Positions 38,881 to 52,768 are shown, numbered from the stretch's first letter. The stretch is 64,000 nt of DNA from Octopus sinensis (GCF_006345805.1 NC_043018.1:18600001-18664000); one strand, 5' to 3'. Numbers and translations: made by a program. Notes: a model not told the origin generated them from the letters alone.

Positions 38881-39200
38881 TTTCTTTCTCTCAGCTTCTC
38901 TACCTTTATCTCCCTCTCTCCCTCTCACTCAGCTTCTCTACTTCTACCCCCTCCCACCTCCCCTCTCTCTCATCTACCTGTCCAAATCTCACTGCTGTTC
39001 AACAGATTTAATGTCAAAACATCCGCAACTTTCAAACAGATAGCGCTGTAATATGTAAAAATGGTAAGGAATTTTCCACAAGCTACTCCATGCATCCCAC
39101 TACAATGGAAAAAAAAAAAATAGACAAAAAAATCAGCAAATAAAACAAACAAAATATCTCTGTGAGTAGGAGTGAGTGGAAGTCGATGGGAAAACAAAAC

Positions 39201-39409
39201 TATGGCTGTGTGGTAAGGAGTTTGCTTCCCAACCACATGGTTCCAGGTTCAGTCCCACTGTGTGGCACTTTGAACAAGTGTCTTCTGCTATAGCATCTGG
39301 CTAACCAAAGCCTTGTGAGGGGATCTGACAGATGGAAACTGGAAGAAGCCCATCATAATATATATATTATATTATATATATATATATATTATATATAATT
39401 ATATTTTAT

Positions 39410-39483
<74 letters not shown>

Positions 39484-39716
39484 CATATATATATAATATA
39501 TATATATATATATCATATATATAAATAAGGGTAAGATCATTAATTTAAAATAAAATAACGAACTTATCAAGAGGTCAACATGGAAAAAATAACCTTCAAA
39601 GGTAATAATTATTAAAATTAGAAAATAGGGTATCTACGAGATACCACCATGCTGAAAATAGCAGCCATGAACCGACTCTAAAACCACCTTACGTTTTCAT
39701 ATAGCAACATGTTATG

Positions 39717-39764
<48 letters not shown>

Positions 39765-40030
39765 TATATGTATGTATGTATGTATGTGTCTATGTATGTA
39801 TGTATGTATGTATGTGTGTGTGTCTTTGTGCTTGTATTCGTTCCCTCATCATCACTTGACAACTGGTGTTGGTGTGTTTATGTCCCTATAACTTAGCAGT
39901 TCAGCAAAAGCAACTGATATATTAAGTACTAGGCTTAAAAATAAGTCCAGAGATTGATTTGTTTGACTAGAATCCTTGAAGGTGGTGCTCCAGCATGGCT
40001 GCAATCAAATGACTAAAAGAATAAAAGAAT
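39201..40030 (+). mobile_element. SINE family A with an expanded (TA)n containing a ~185-bp foreign insert
   Basis: Head 39201-39352, insert 39525-39710, tail 39815-40030. Confidence 0.8.
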
Positions 40031-40215
40031 ATATATCTAATATATGTATATATGGCTATGTGGTAAGAAGTTTGCTTCCCAACCATAAGGATCAGGGTTC
40101 AGTCCCACATTGTGGAATCTTGGGCAAGTGTCTTTTGTGTCTTCTGCTACAGCCTCAGACTGACCAATGCTTTGGGAATGGGTTTAATAGACAGAAACTG
40201 AAAGAAGCCCATCAC

Positions 40216-40267
<52 letters not shown>

Positions 40268-40308
40268 GAGGGAGAGAGAGAGAGCAAGTGTTTGTGTCTG
40301 CTTCTCAT

Positions 40309-40339
<31 letters not shown>

Positions 40340-42345
40340 ATGAAGAACACACTAACACTGTTCATCTAAAGAAACAAATCTGCCCAGAGGTCACCTTCTC
40401 CGACCACACCCCCTCCTGTATTTGATGAAAATTATTAATCATTATAACCCTCCAGCCTCCTTATAAGGATGGTGATTATGGTGATGGATAAGGAGTGGAA
40501 GAAGAGTTGAAGATCCTGACCAAGACATCATTGACAATGTTGATGACAATCATTATACAAGGAGGGGGAAGAACAAGAGGATGGTTTTTGTAGCTGTAAT
40601 GATGTTGATGATGATGATGATGATGGGGTGGGGTAGAAATACTGCTGCTGCTGCTGATGGAGGTGGTAGCAGTGGTGATGGTGGTGGTGTTAGCGATAAT
40701 GATGACGATGGTGGTAGTGGTGATGGTGGTGGTGATGGTGGTGGTGGTGTGATGGTGATGGTGGTGGTGGTGGTGGTGGTGGTAGTGATGGTGGTGGTGT
40801 TGCTTGATGATGTTGATGATGATGATGATGTTGATGGTATTGGCCGCAGTGGTGGAGGTGGTGAGGAGGGAGGGGGGAGAAGGTGGCAGCAGCAGCAGCA
40901 GCAGTAGCAGCAATGGTAAAACTTTGGTGTTGAGAAACAAGACACCACCCCAGCGCCCCACCACCACCCCAGCGCCCCACCACCACCACCACCACGCCCA
41001 CCACACAAGACAAAGTTTAATAGAAAGACTTAAACAAGCACTGCCTTTATTTGAGATGTTAAAATTCTCTGGCGTCGTTTCTTGGAGACGTATTGACTCA
41101 CTATGACGATGGGGAGGCATAACATCTTGTGGCCCCCACAATAGTCCATACAACAAGGTCAAAGACACAGAATCAGGGTTCTTCTTCTTGTTTCTTCTTC
41201 TTCTTACATTATTCTTGTTATTGTTGTTATTAACTTTTTAATTTTTTAAACAGAACAAAAAAATTTTTATTATTTTTATTATAACTTTCTTTCTTTCTGT
41301 TTTTTTTTTTGTTAAATTCTAAACCTTGAAATATTCTGAATAGTTTTTTTTTAAAGTTTAAAAGTTAAAATGGAAAATTGTAATTCAAAAAAAAATTCAC
41401 TACTGTTTTTTCTCAATTATCTAAAAATTTTAAATTTAAAAAAAGAATTATGATTTATTTTATCTTCATCCAGCTCTTATTGTTGTTATTGTTGTTTATT
41501 ACTTTGTTTTTAAAATTTTCTTAAAAAAACAACAAAAACAATATTTTAATTCAAGTTTTCTTTTTTGTTTTTTGTAATTCTAAACCTTCGAATATTTTGA
41601 ATAATTTTTTAAAATTTAAAAACGAAAATCTCATTTTTATTTTGTAATTTTTTGTTAGCCACTTAAAAAAGAAAACAATGAGATGCACTCATGACTTTAT
41701 GGTAAGTTTGCGACCCAACCACAAGGTTCTGGGTTCAGTTCCACTATGTGGCACTTTAGACAAGTCTCTTCTACTATTGCTTTGAGTCAATCAAAGCCTT
41801 TATTCTTTTATTCTATTATGTGTTTCAGCCAGGTGGCTGTGGTCACACTGTAGTACCGTCATGAAAAAAATATGTACGCCTCCCAGGTAGGGAATTGACC
41901 CTTTAGCATTTAAATCGGTTATAGGCGCAGGAGTGGCTGTGTGGTAAGTAGCTTGCTTACCAACCACATGGTCCCGGGTTCAGTCCCACTGCGTGGCATC
42001 TTCTTTCATTTGTATTATTGTTATTGTTGTTGCTGTATTTAGCCCCAAGTCAACCACAGTCAAGGAGACGCATCACTAAAGCTTTCTCACCACAATTATT
42101 TTTTCTTAGGCATAATGTATCTCGGACTACACGATCCGATGTATAATTTTCTTTTAAAGATGACAATTCTATCTGAAAGAGATTTACCTGCTAATTCTAA
42201 AAACAAGCAAACCGGCTGTTTTCTAATCCCAATCCAACCCCACATGAAGAGACCTATAATCAAAGACATTCCAGCAGTGGCCATCACCCTTTAGTTTCAT
42301 TTTCTACTTTACATGTAAATTTTTTAATTATGTGTGTAAAATACC

Positions 42346-42577
42346 TATTTCTTTATTACCCACAAGGGGCTAAACATAGAGAGGACAAACAAGGACAGAC
42401 TTAGGTATTAAGTCGATTACATCGACCCCAGTACGTAACTGGTACTTAATTTATCGACCCCGACAGGATGAAAGGCAAAGTCGACCTCGGCGGAATTTGA
42501 ACTCAGAACGTAGCAGCAGACGAAATACCGCTAAGCATTTCACCCGCTGTGCTAACGTTTCTGCCAGCTCGCCACCT
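42346..42577 (-). mobile_element. SINE family B, intact copy
   Basis: Nearly identical to 32341-32567. Confidence 0.9.
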
Positions 42578-42836
42578 TTATATGTGTGTAAAATACCAGC
42601 CAAATGACAACCGTGCCGCCTTGAAAAGGAAGGACACATTGCATGATGTTAGCCTCCATGCACTATCCCTGAAACCAAGGCAGGACACTAATATAGTTAA
42701 TCATCTTTTCGTGAGATGGAAGGGGTGTTACGTGAGGGAGGGTTGGCTGCGTTTTCTAGCATGTGAAGTGAACATATAGAGCTCTTTCGCATTGGCTTTA
42801 TACTGTTCATTGGATTGGGATACAACAAAAAGTGGT

Positions 42837-43260
42837 GTCTTTAACTGAAGGAAGCTTGGTCCTGGTATGGAGGGTTAAGCAGGATACATATGAAGGGAGT
42901 ATACTTTATAGATGGGGTGGGGATGCTCCTGGTATAAGAGTACAAGCAAAGGGTGTGTGTCTTTCATTAAAGCAGGTATGGTTCTGGTATGGGAGGGGTA
43001 CATTTGAAGGGTGTGGTCTTTAATTGAAGGAAGTTTGGTCCTGGTATTGGGGGTGGTTACATATGAAGGGAGTATACTTTATAGATGGTGGGGTGTGCTC
43101 CTGGTGTAGGAGTACAAACAAAGGGTGTGTGTCTTTCATTAAAGCAGGTATGGTTCTGGTAAGGAAGGGGTACATTTGAAGGGTGTAATCTTTAATTGAG
43201 GGTGGTTTACTAGTTGTGGGGGCGGGGAACATTGGAAGGGCATGGCTCTTTAATTGAAAG
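42837..43260. repeat. ~179-bp tandem duplication built from ~57-bp subunits
   Basis: gtcttta(a/c)tgaaggaag at 42837 and 43016; the internal pattern cttt...ctggt...gtaca...aaggg recurs. Confidence 0.8.
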
Positions 43261-43699
43261 AGGAGATGTTCTTCTATTGAAGGGTGTGCATTTAGAACTA
43301 TCACTGCTTCTTTGAACAAGTTAACTAATTTCTTTCATCCAGAGTTATATGACACACCGACCCCTTTCCTCTCCTCTCATTTACATCCTGCAGTAAATAT
43401 CTTGACTCCACCCATCCATCTGTTGCTCTCCAGAACTGCCATCCTCTGGAATTGCATCTCAAACTATTACTCACGTGTCTTCTTTTGGATTTCTTCTTTC
43501 AGATTTCCAACTGTGGAAATGAAAGTTGGCTGAGTCTCAACCCTTGTTGGTCTCCCTGGTGTGGGCAAAGCCTCAGGGGACCTTTGAGAAACACGACTGA
43601 TGAAGATATGGTGATGGCAAGGAGTAGTAGGATCGTGGTGGTGATGGTGGTGGTGGTGGTGGTGGTGGTGGTGGTGGTGGTGGTGGTGGTGGTGTGAGG

Positions 43700-44150
43700 G
43701 TGGAGGAGATAGAGATAGACTGGAGACGAGAGAGTGGGAGGAAGGGAAAAAGAGAGGGAGAGACGGAGAAACAGATAAAGAAAAAGGTGAGAAAGAGAAA
43801 TATATGCTTGGAAAAGAAGGAAATGAAGGAAGGAAAAAAAAGAAAGAAAAAAGAAAGAGAATGAAAGAGAATGAAAGAGATAGAAGAATTTAGGAAAGGA
43901 AGAAAGAAAAAAAGAAAGAAAAAGGAAGGAAAGAAATTGAAGGAAGGAGGGAGAGAGAGATTTAGGGAAGGAAAAATGAAAGAGAAAAGAAAAGAAAAAA
44001 GAAATCCAAAGAAGGAAGATAAAAATGGAAGAGTAAAGAGTAAAGAATAAAGAATAAGAAATAGGAAAGAAAATAAGGAAGAATTCAAGAAAAAGAGAAA
44101 GAGAAAGAGAGAGAGAAAAAAGACTGGAAGTAAAATGGAAAATGAACTTT
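43700..44150. repeat. Polypurine (GA-rich) low-complexity tract
   Basis: Read directly. Confidence 0.9.
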
Positions 44151-44352
44151 GGATGGAATTATGGCAGAAATACTGCAAAAGTTGAAGGATATGGAATTAA
44201 AAGATGGGATTTTTGGAAACAATCTGCAAATATGCATATATTGTAAGAATTTAAGAATCAGAATTTAAGAATTTAAGTGACGGAAGTAGCTAATTAGGGG
44301 ATTAGCAGGAAAGTAGATTAATGAAATGTATTGTATTGTATTGTGCATGTGC

Positions 44353-44390
<38 letters not shown>

Positions 44391-44669
44391 CTGTGTGCAT
44401 GTGTGTGTGTGTGTGTGTGCATGTGTGTGTGTGTATGTGTGTGTGAGTTTGGAGAGAGAGAGACAGACAGACAGACAGAAGAGGAAGGAAAGATATATAT
44501 GTATTTAGACACAACCATAACATACATACATATACATGCATACACACACACACCCCAGTGTATATATATATATACACACACATGAGTATATGCATAAACA
44601 CACACATATATATATGTACAATTATGGAATATAATTCTCATAATACAATTAAAAATGTTTCTGATCAAG

Positions 44670-44720
<51 letters not shown>

Positions 44721-44774
44721 TTATATATGTATCCATAAATACATATACATTTACACACACACACACACACACAC

Positions 44775-44810
<36 letters not shown>

Positions 44811-44823
44811 AATATACATACAG

Positions 44824-44865
<42 letters not shown>

Positions 44866-45494
44866 GCATGCATACACACACATTCGTACATCATCTCTTT
44901 GAAGCAGAACATGAACAGGATGTATAAAGGATATCTGCATTTATGAATGTTTATATAAAAGTACATAGGTGTATGCAGACACACACACACATATTTATAC
45001 ACACACACACACACACATATTTATACACACACAGACCTACACACATACTTGTATAATCTGTGTTAAAAGAAATTGTGATGGGATGCATCACTTAAATATT
45101 TCAGGTTTACAATTAAATATAGGTATATATATATATACACAAACACACACACATATATATATATACGCACTACATACTAAATACTTTGTGTGTGTGTGTG
45201 TGTGCTCAACCACATATTGGATCCTCACACAAACATACACACATATGTATACATATATATGTGTCTGTGTGTATGTATAATACATATACATGCATATAAT
45301 ATATATATACATACATGTATGTATATATATATATATATATATCTATATATATACATACATATATACATATGTATATAAGTATGTATATATATATATATAT
45401 ATACATATATATACATATGTATATATATAAATGTATGTGTATATGTATATATATATAGATATATATATATATATACATATACAATGTATATAAG

Positions 45495-45538
<44 letters not shown>

Positions 45539-45564
45539 TATACATATGTATATATATAAATGTA

Positions 45565-45634
<70 letters not shown>

Positions 45635-46506
45635 TATATGCAGGTACACATATATATATATACATTCATGTATAAAATGTTGTAAATGGAAACACCTTTT
45701 ACAAAAGTAAAAACAATTCTAGGCTTCTAAAAAAACTGAGAATGTATTTCACGTAATTTATTTCACTTCATCCATTACACTTTCAAGTAAGTATGTTAGT
45801 TGCGGTGGTGAAGTGGCTGGAAAGGAACTATGAACATACATATATATATATATATTTTGGTCTGTGACTAGGTGAGTGGCGGGGGGGGGGGAATAATGGA
45901 TAATTCCTTTAAAACATAACAATTTCGGAATTTAAATGGAAAAATCCAAATATCACAATAACTATTTTTCTCCAGTTGTTTCTTTTCAAACGGAACAAGA
46001 GACAATTATACGCGCACACATATGTGTGTGTCTATCCATTAATCCTGAAAATGTGTACAGCACTCTATGCGAATGTATCAAATTATGTAGAATATTATAG
46101 ACCATTAAAAGCAGTTAAACCAGTATATAGAAACATATTTACATATTGTTTTGCATATTTAATCCTAATTGGAGTTATAAACATATTTAGTCATATTTAT
46201 TGCCATAACCCTCATAGTATTACATACATAAATCTATGTGGCAATGTACATATGTATGCAGTGAGCCATTATATGTTTTAAACGTATAAGCATTATTTTT
46301 TTTTTATTAAGGTATCATGGTTTGTAATAAAGAATCCATAAATTATTTTGCGAACTTGACTCAGATTTCAAATATCGTTGTCTTTTGCGGTTCACTGATC
46401 AGCAGTTCTCGGCTAGCTGTGGTAATGTGGTAGGTCAATGAAAGCCACAGTAATCATAATCATTATTTACATTTGACGGATATTTCTCCTCATCTTGCTT
46501 GTTGTT

Positions 46507-46552
46507 AACACAACGTTTCGACTGATGTACCCTCCAGCCTTCATCAGGTGTC
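46507..46552 (-). ncRNA. Minimal type I hammerhead ribozyme motif with complete core
   Basis: GACAC CUGAUGA A GGCUG-GAGGGUACAU-CAGUC GAAAC GUU GUGUU: 5-bp stem I, 5-bp stem II and loopless ACGU stem III. Confidence 0.75.
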
Positions 46553-46621
46553 TTGGGGAAATTTCGAACCTGGGTTTTCATTCCTAAGATATTTCTCAAT
46601 GTTATTATTATTATTGTTATT

Positions 46622-47065
46622 AGGTGCAGAAGTGACTATGTGGTTAGTAGCTTGCTTACCAACCACATGGTTCTGGGTTCAGTCCCACTGCATGGCACCT
46701 TGGGCAAATGTCTTCTACTATAGCCTCGGGCCGACCTAAGCCTTGTGAGTGGATTGGCAGACAGAAACTGAAAGAAGACTGTTGTATATATGTATATATT
46801 ATATATATATTATATATATATATATATATTATATATATATATGTGTGTGTGTGTCTATGTTTGTGTGTCTGTGTTTTTTTCCCCCAAACATCGCTTGACA
46901 ACCAGTGCTGGTGTGTTTACGGTCCTGTAACTTAGTGGTATGGGAAAAGAGACCGATAGAATAAGTACTAGGTTTACAAAGAATAAGTCCTGGGGTCAAT
47001 TTGATTCGACTAAAGGCGGTGCTCCAGCATGGCCACAGTCAAATGACTGAAACAAGTAAAAGAGT
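46622..47065 (+). mobile_element. SINE family A
   Basis: Family motifs. Confidence 0.9.
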
Positions 47066-47100
47066 ATTCTTCTTCTTCTTCTTCTCTTCTCTTCTTCTTC

Positions 47101-47167
<67 letters not shown>

Positions 47168-47357
47168 AATCGAATTCAGAATCTTAGGGTTAGCAGCCCA
47201 TGGGCATATGGTGTAGTGGTTATCTGTCAAATGTAAATAATGTAAATAATGTACACAATTCCTCATCTCTTAAATATAGAACTTTCCATCCATAATCAGT
47301 GATGCAATTTGGCAACTAATTTATCTCTTCCCTCAATATTACTCCCCACTCAGCTGA

Positions 47358-47553
47358 GGGTATGAAGACAGGGAAAGCCCCCCCCCCCCGGGTCCATCAG
47401 GAATCACCACAGAGATGCTCAAAATATCTGGTAGTGTAGGCTATAGTCTAGTCACCAGTATAGTCAATTAAGTGATACATGAAGGAGTCATATCCAATGA
47501 CTGGTGTAGCAGCACCATAGTTAATTGCTACTAAGGTAAAGGTGTTGCATTAG

Positions 47554-47591
<38 letters not shown>

Positions 47592-48245
47592 TAATAATAA
47601 TTGTGTACAGTGCTCAGGTGCACTACAACTCATCCAAAATGTATATATAATCAGGTGTAGTTTCGGCGGATTTCGGAAAGCATGAGGGCCTTAAAGGATA
47701 TGAATAATTACAGAGGTATCAAATTATTGGATCAGGTGATGAAAGTCATGGAGAGGATCATAGCATAACTAATTAAGGAGAGAGTTAGTTTAGATGAGAT
47801 TCAGTCTGGGTTTGTGCCAGGGAGAAGCACCACTGATGCTATATTTCTGGTAAGAGAGCTGCAGGAAAAATACCAAGTCAAAGATAAACATCTCTACTTG
47901 GCTTTTGTTGACATTTAGAAAGCCTCTGGCAGGGTCCCCTAATTCCTTATCAGGTGGTCAATGTGGAAACTAAGGATAGATGAGTGGTTAGTGAGAGCTG
48001 TACAAGCCATGAACAGGGATGCTGTCAGTAAGGTAAGGGTTGGCAACGAGTATAGTGAAGAATTCCAGTTAAGGGCCCACCAAGGAGCAATCCTCAGCCT
48101 CCCTCTAATTAATCATAGTCCTTCAGGCAATAACAGAGGAATTCAAGGCAGGATGCCCCTGGGAGTTTCTCTATGCTGATGACATGACCTTGCTCTAATA
48201 GCTGAGTCACTATCAGAACTAGAGGAGAAGTTTTAGTCATGGAAA
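47358..48245 (+). pseudogene. RTE-clade reverse transcriptase remnant
   Basis: MKTGKAP.GPSGITTEMLK...NYRGIKLLDQVMKVMER...GFVPGRSTTDAIF...YLAFVD...HQGAILS...YAD motifs with stops and frameshifts; interrupted at 47557-47700. Confidence 0.9.
47557..47700 (-). mobile_element. CR1/L2 LINE 3' tip with (ATT)n tail
   Basis: ttgtgtacagtgctcaggtgcactacaact matches 25778-25808. Confidence 0.75.
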
Positions 48246-49602
48246 CTTAGCACTAAAGATTCTATAAGGATAACTTAAGTGTTAAATATATGAGGACAAG
48301 TTAACTTTAGAGTTAATATTAGATTTTTAATAAATTTTTAAATATTTTAAAACAGGATTTCCTCCAACACTCTTTCCACCAGTATCTCAACATTAAATCT
48401 TCTGAAATAGTTTAACACCAATTCTCTGTATAACCCAATTTTTACCAGTTCTTTCTATCATTATCTTTGAAGTTATCAACACCTAAATTGGAATCCGATA
48501 TTTGTCCCCTTTAGCCATAAACTGTCACTATATTTTCTCCTTTTTTATCATTTTATCAAATTTTATTTTTTCTAAAATTACATACCAATATTCTTGTAGA
48601 ATTTTTTTCCAAAAATTTCATAAAGGAAACTAAATTTAAAACGTTTTAACTAATGGTATTTCATTTTTCTTTTCCTAAATATATTTCGACTCGAACTAAA
48701 ATTATCAGTATTTTAGAATAATGATGTGTATTTATTTATTTATTTTATATTTAATCCTTTCTTTTTTTTTTTGTTGGGGCTTTTTCTCCTCTTGTAACCC
48801 ATTTAATTTTCATCTTTGTATCATTCTTCTTTTAAACGAAGTTCTAATTATAGATATAGATTCATTCATCATTTTTTCTTCAAATCTCATTCAAGTATTT
48901 TTTCAGCAAACTCCACTGAATTTATCAACCATTTCAACAAATATGCTACATGCAATCAATAGTATATGTCTTAGTTTTAACTGAAACATTTTCATAAGCC
49001 TAAACATAAAAAAGCATTTATATTTCTCTAGCTATCTGTTCCACATTAATTTCAAGCACTTTGTAATTTTTATTTATAAAGTCATTTTCTTTTTTGGCCA
49101 TTATTCATTATTATTTTTTCATTTCATCAAATTCCAATGCACAATAGATTTGTTTTTTATGTAAAAAACAAACTATTCACAATTTGAACCAGAAAATTAT
49201 TTTTCCTTTCAAATGAACTTTGTAAAAACTACACTTTTATAATCAGCAGGTGGGTTCGTGAAGTGCAAAAACTTTCTGGTCTTTTTTATTAAAGGCTCAT
49301 TCTGATCCATTCTCATTTTTTTGGCACACTATTCACCAATAGAATTCTTCTTCAATTAGAAATCTCTCTCTCTTTCTCTCATTCTATCATAGAATATTCC
49401 ACTGCTTCTTCTCCACTTTATTCATTTGAATATTCTAAAAACACAAAACCATTGGTAAATTACAACTCTACTTTGTCATAATTTTACTTGCTTTCAAAAT
49501 GATTTAACTTTTCCACCATTTCACAACAGAATCAGCTACAAGCAACAATACTGAAATAACTGAATTGGTTATATTTCTTGTAAGAATTCTCAAATATTTC
49601 AA

Positions 49603-49990
49603 AGCAAATAGAACTGGCCTTCTTCAGACATATGTAGAAAAAATTCATCAGCATGGAACCAAAACCCAGAGTTTCAAAACTATTTTTATGGCACATACAA
49701 CAGGCTTCTCATGAGGTTTCAAAATATCTAATGGCACAAGTCCGCAAGACTGAAGAGGAGATTATGGACACATTCCACCCGTCTCTTTTATTATTGCTCA
49801 ACAGACAAAAGGCTTTACAGGTAACTACGAACATGGTAAGCATAAGACTATATTCAATGTTAGAGTCTGGAGAATCTCCACACACCACTATTACAAGAAC
49901 AACATCAATGCTATTGGCAGAGACACAGAACATGGAACTGAAGACTTACCAAAGATAATGCTGGAGACAGAGATTCATGGTATGGCATTG
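49603..49990 (+). pseudogene. RTE-clade ORF C-terminal remnant
   Basis: ELAFFRH...GTYNRLL...EIMDTFHP...DLPKIMLE...WYGI segments across frames resemble the RTE post-RT region. Confidence 0.55.
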
Positions 49991-50837
49991 CAATACACTT
50001 CTCAGTTGTGACCACTTGAAGAAGAGAATATTCTTCTCTGCCACCCTTCTCTCTACTACCGTCTCTCTTTCCCTCACTCTCCTTCTCTCCAACTATCTAC
50101 CTCCCAATCTCTCTATCTCTCTATCTCTCTACCTACCTACCTACCTACCTACCTACCTACCTACCTACCTACCTACCTACCTACCTACCTACCTACCTAT
50201 CTACCTATCTATCTATCTATTTATCTATCTATCTGTCTGTATTTTTTTTGTTCTTTTCTTCCCTTTTACGATCCCTCTTGATCGAAAACCTACGCCACCC
50301 CCTTTTTTTCATCCCCCAAAAGAAAAGCTCTACCTTGTAACTTGTCCCATCTGTGTGCAGCCCTGTGTGGCCAATAAAGAAACTTATCTGTCTGTCTGTA
50401 TGTCTGCCTGTCTGTCTGTCTACTTATCTATCTATTTATATCACTTTCTAACAATTCTTTTCATCCTCTCTTTTCTTCATTCCTCACTAACGAAATATGA
50501 GGCAATTTAAACCATATTAAATTAAAGTTTGGTCTCGTGGGGCACACAGATTATCAGGAAGTCATTGGGTTCTGTCTTCCTCTTCTCACTTTTTCACATT
50601 CTACATGAGGTCTTCAGAAATTTGTGAAACGAAATTCCTATTTGCAGTTTATAAACTTATCAAACCCTCTCTTCAATCTCAATGAGAATTATCTGGAAAC
50701 ACTTTCAAATCTTTCTTTTATATTTGTTCTAAACTAAAGCGAAACAAGCAACAATTTGTAATGAAATAATTACACACTCAAAATGCATATGCATGCGTGC
50801 GTGCATGTGTGTGTGTGTGTGTGTGCAGCGTAAATAT

Positions 50838-51225
50838 ATCATCATCATCATCATCATCATCACCATCATTTAACGCCCATTTCCGATGTTGGCATGGGTT
50901 GGACTGTCTAACAGGAGCTGACCAGCAGAAGAGCTGCCCAGGTTTCAGGTCTGTTATGGCATGGTTTCTATGGCTGGATGCCCTTCCTAATGCCAACCAT
51001 TTTACAGAGTTGTTCTGGGTGCTTTTTTACATGGCACCAATATGGGTACATTTATACAGCTCCTTAATGAGTGCATTTTATGTGGTACTGGCACCAGTAA
51101 AGGACGAGCCCGAATGTATGGATGACAATGATTTTAATTAGCTTGGTACATATTCTCAAGTACAGCAAATCGCTACAACTCCCGGTCCCTCATCATTTCC
51201 TTAGTGAGGCCCAGCATCTGAAGAT
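50838..51225 (-). mobile_element. Family C, diverged copy
   Basis: ggctggatgcccttcctaatgccaacc motif and (cat)n. Confidence 0.75.
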
Positions 51226-51256
51226 AATATATAAATGTGTGTATGTGTGTGTGTAT

Positions 51257-51672
51257 ACTCTTTACTCTTTTACTTGTTTCAATCAGTTGACTGCGGCCAT
51301 GCTGGAGCACCACCTTTAGTCGAGCAACTCGGAACCGGGACTTATTCTTTGTAAACCCAGTACTTATTCTATCGGTCTCTTTTGCCAAACCACTAAGTGA
51401 CAGGGACATAAACACACCAGCATCGGTTGTCAAGCAATGCTTGGGGGACAAACACAGACACACAAACATACACGCACACATATATATATATATATATATA
51501 CATATATACGACGGGCTTCTTTCAGTTTCCATCTACCAAATCCACTCACAAGGCTTTGGTCGGCCCGAGGCTATAGTAGAAGACACTCGCCCAAGGTGCC
51601 ACGCAGTGGGACTGAACCCGGAACCATGTGGTTGGTAAGCAAGCTACTTACCACACAGCCGCTCCTGCGCCT
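51257..51672 (-). mobile_element. SINE family A
   Basis: Full-length copy. Further copies at 22550, 40051, 41690, 53730 and 59022. Confidence 0.9.
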
Positions 51673-52071
51673 AAAATCAGAAACAAGCCCTCAAGACAAT
51701 TATCTTTCTTCCTCTTCTCCAATATCCATGGACTTTACTCAAACCTACATCCAACCCGTCACTTCCTAGACACACCTCCACTTCCGATTCTTCTCAAAGA
51801 CACAATTCTCTCAAAACCTGTCTCCAATCAATGTCTTCTCTTCAGGCTGGAATTTTATATTCTCACTTTACTCAGAGAAGTCTGGAGTGCATTTTCATAG
51901 ACTTCTCTCCTCCCCACCCCCACCCCCTCGTCACTAAAGCTGCCCCACCACCACCACCACCACTTAACTCGCTCATCTCAAATACATTTGTGATTTTGAT
52001 TTCTCTTTTAACTCTTCAAACCACCAGAGTATCTCTTTACCCATCTCTCCTGCACGAAGAACATAAATCTC

Positions 52072-52460
52072 TGTGAGTGTGTGTGTGTGTGTGTGTGAGA
52101 GAGCATGCACGTGTGTGCGTGTGTGTGAGCATGCACGTGTGTGCGTGTGCGTGTGTGAGCATGCACGTGTGTGCGTGTGCGTGTGTGTGAGCATGCACGT
52201 GTGTGCGTGTGTGAGCATGCACGTGTGTGTGTGTGTGTGAGCATGCACGTGTGTGCATGTGTGTGTGTGAGCATGCACGTGTGTGTGTGTGTAAGCATGC
52301 ACGTGTGTGCATGTGTGTGTGTGTGAGCATGTACGTGTGTGCGTCTGTGTGTGTGTGTGTGAGCAGCACGTGTGTGTGTGTGAGCATGCACGTGTGTGCG
52401 TGTGTGTGTGTGAGCATGCACGTGTGTGTGAGCATGCACGTGTGTGTGTGTGTGTGTGTA
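52072..52460. repeat. gagcatgcac(gt)n minisatellite
   Basis: About 12 units, almost entirely alternating purine-pyrimidine. Confidence 0.9.
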
Positions 52461-52679
52461 TTATATGTAATGGACAAATAATTATGGGTGTAGGCTGTAG
52501 GGTCTCTTCTGGAGCTCAAGAACACAACACACATCCCAGTCCAGGAATTGAACTCACTACATCATGATTGTAAGCCTGACACTCAAATCACTGAGCCATG
52601 TACCTTCACACACACACACACACACACATGTAAATACACACACATGCAATTATGCATAAACGTGTAAATATATATATAT

Positions 52680-52768
52680 TTACTTCCTGCATATACTTTA
52701 TATGCACTTGTGACAAGTTGTGGTGCACCTGAGCACTGTATACAATAATTTCATTATTATTATTATAT
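52680..52768 (+). mobile_element. CR1/L2 LINE 3' tip
   Basis: ctgcatatactttata...aagttgtggtgcacctgagcactgtatacaataatttcattatt is the reverse complement of 25765-25838. Confidence 0.8.

Larger units (their letters stand above)
46462..47283. mobile_element. Family H inverted dimer, interrupted by a family A SINE
   Basis: Reverse tail 46462-46600, reverse head remnant 47166-47199, forward head remnant gggcatatggtgtagtggtta and forward tail end ...cctcatctcttaaatatagaact. Confidence 0.8.

Noticed and set aside
48250-49600. AT-rich stretch (also 17560-17980 and 18570-19330) that may be decayed minus-strand L1/Tx1 ORF2
   Set aside because: The strand bias is suggestive, but I could not read a convincing motif.
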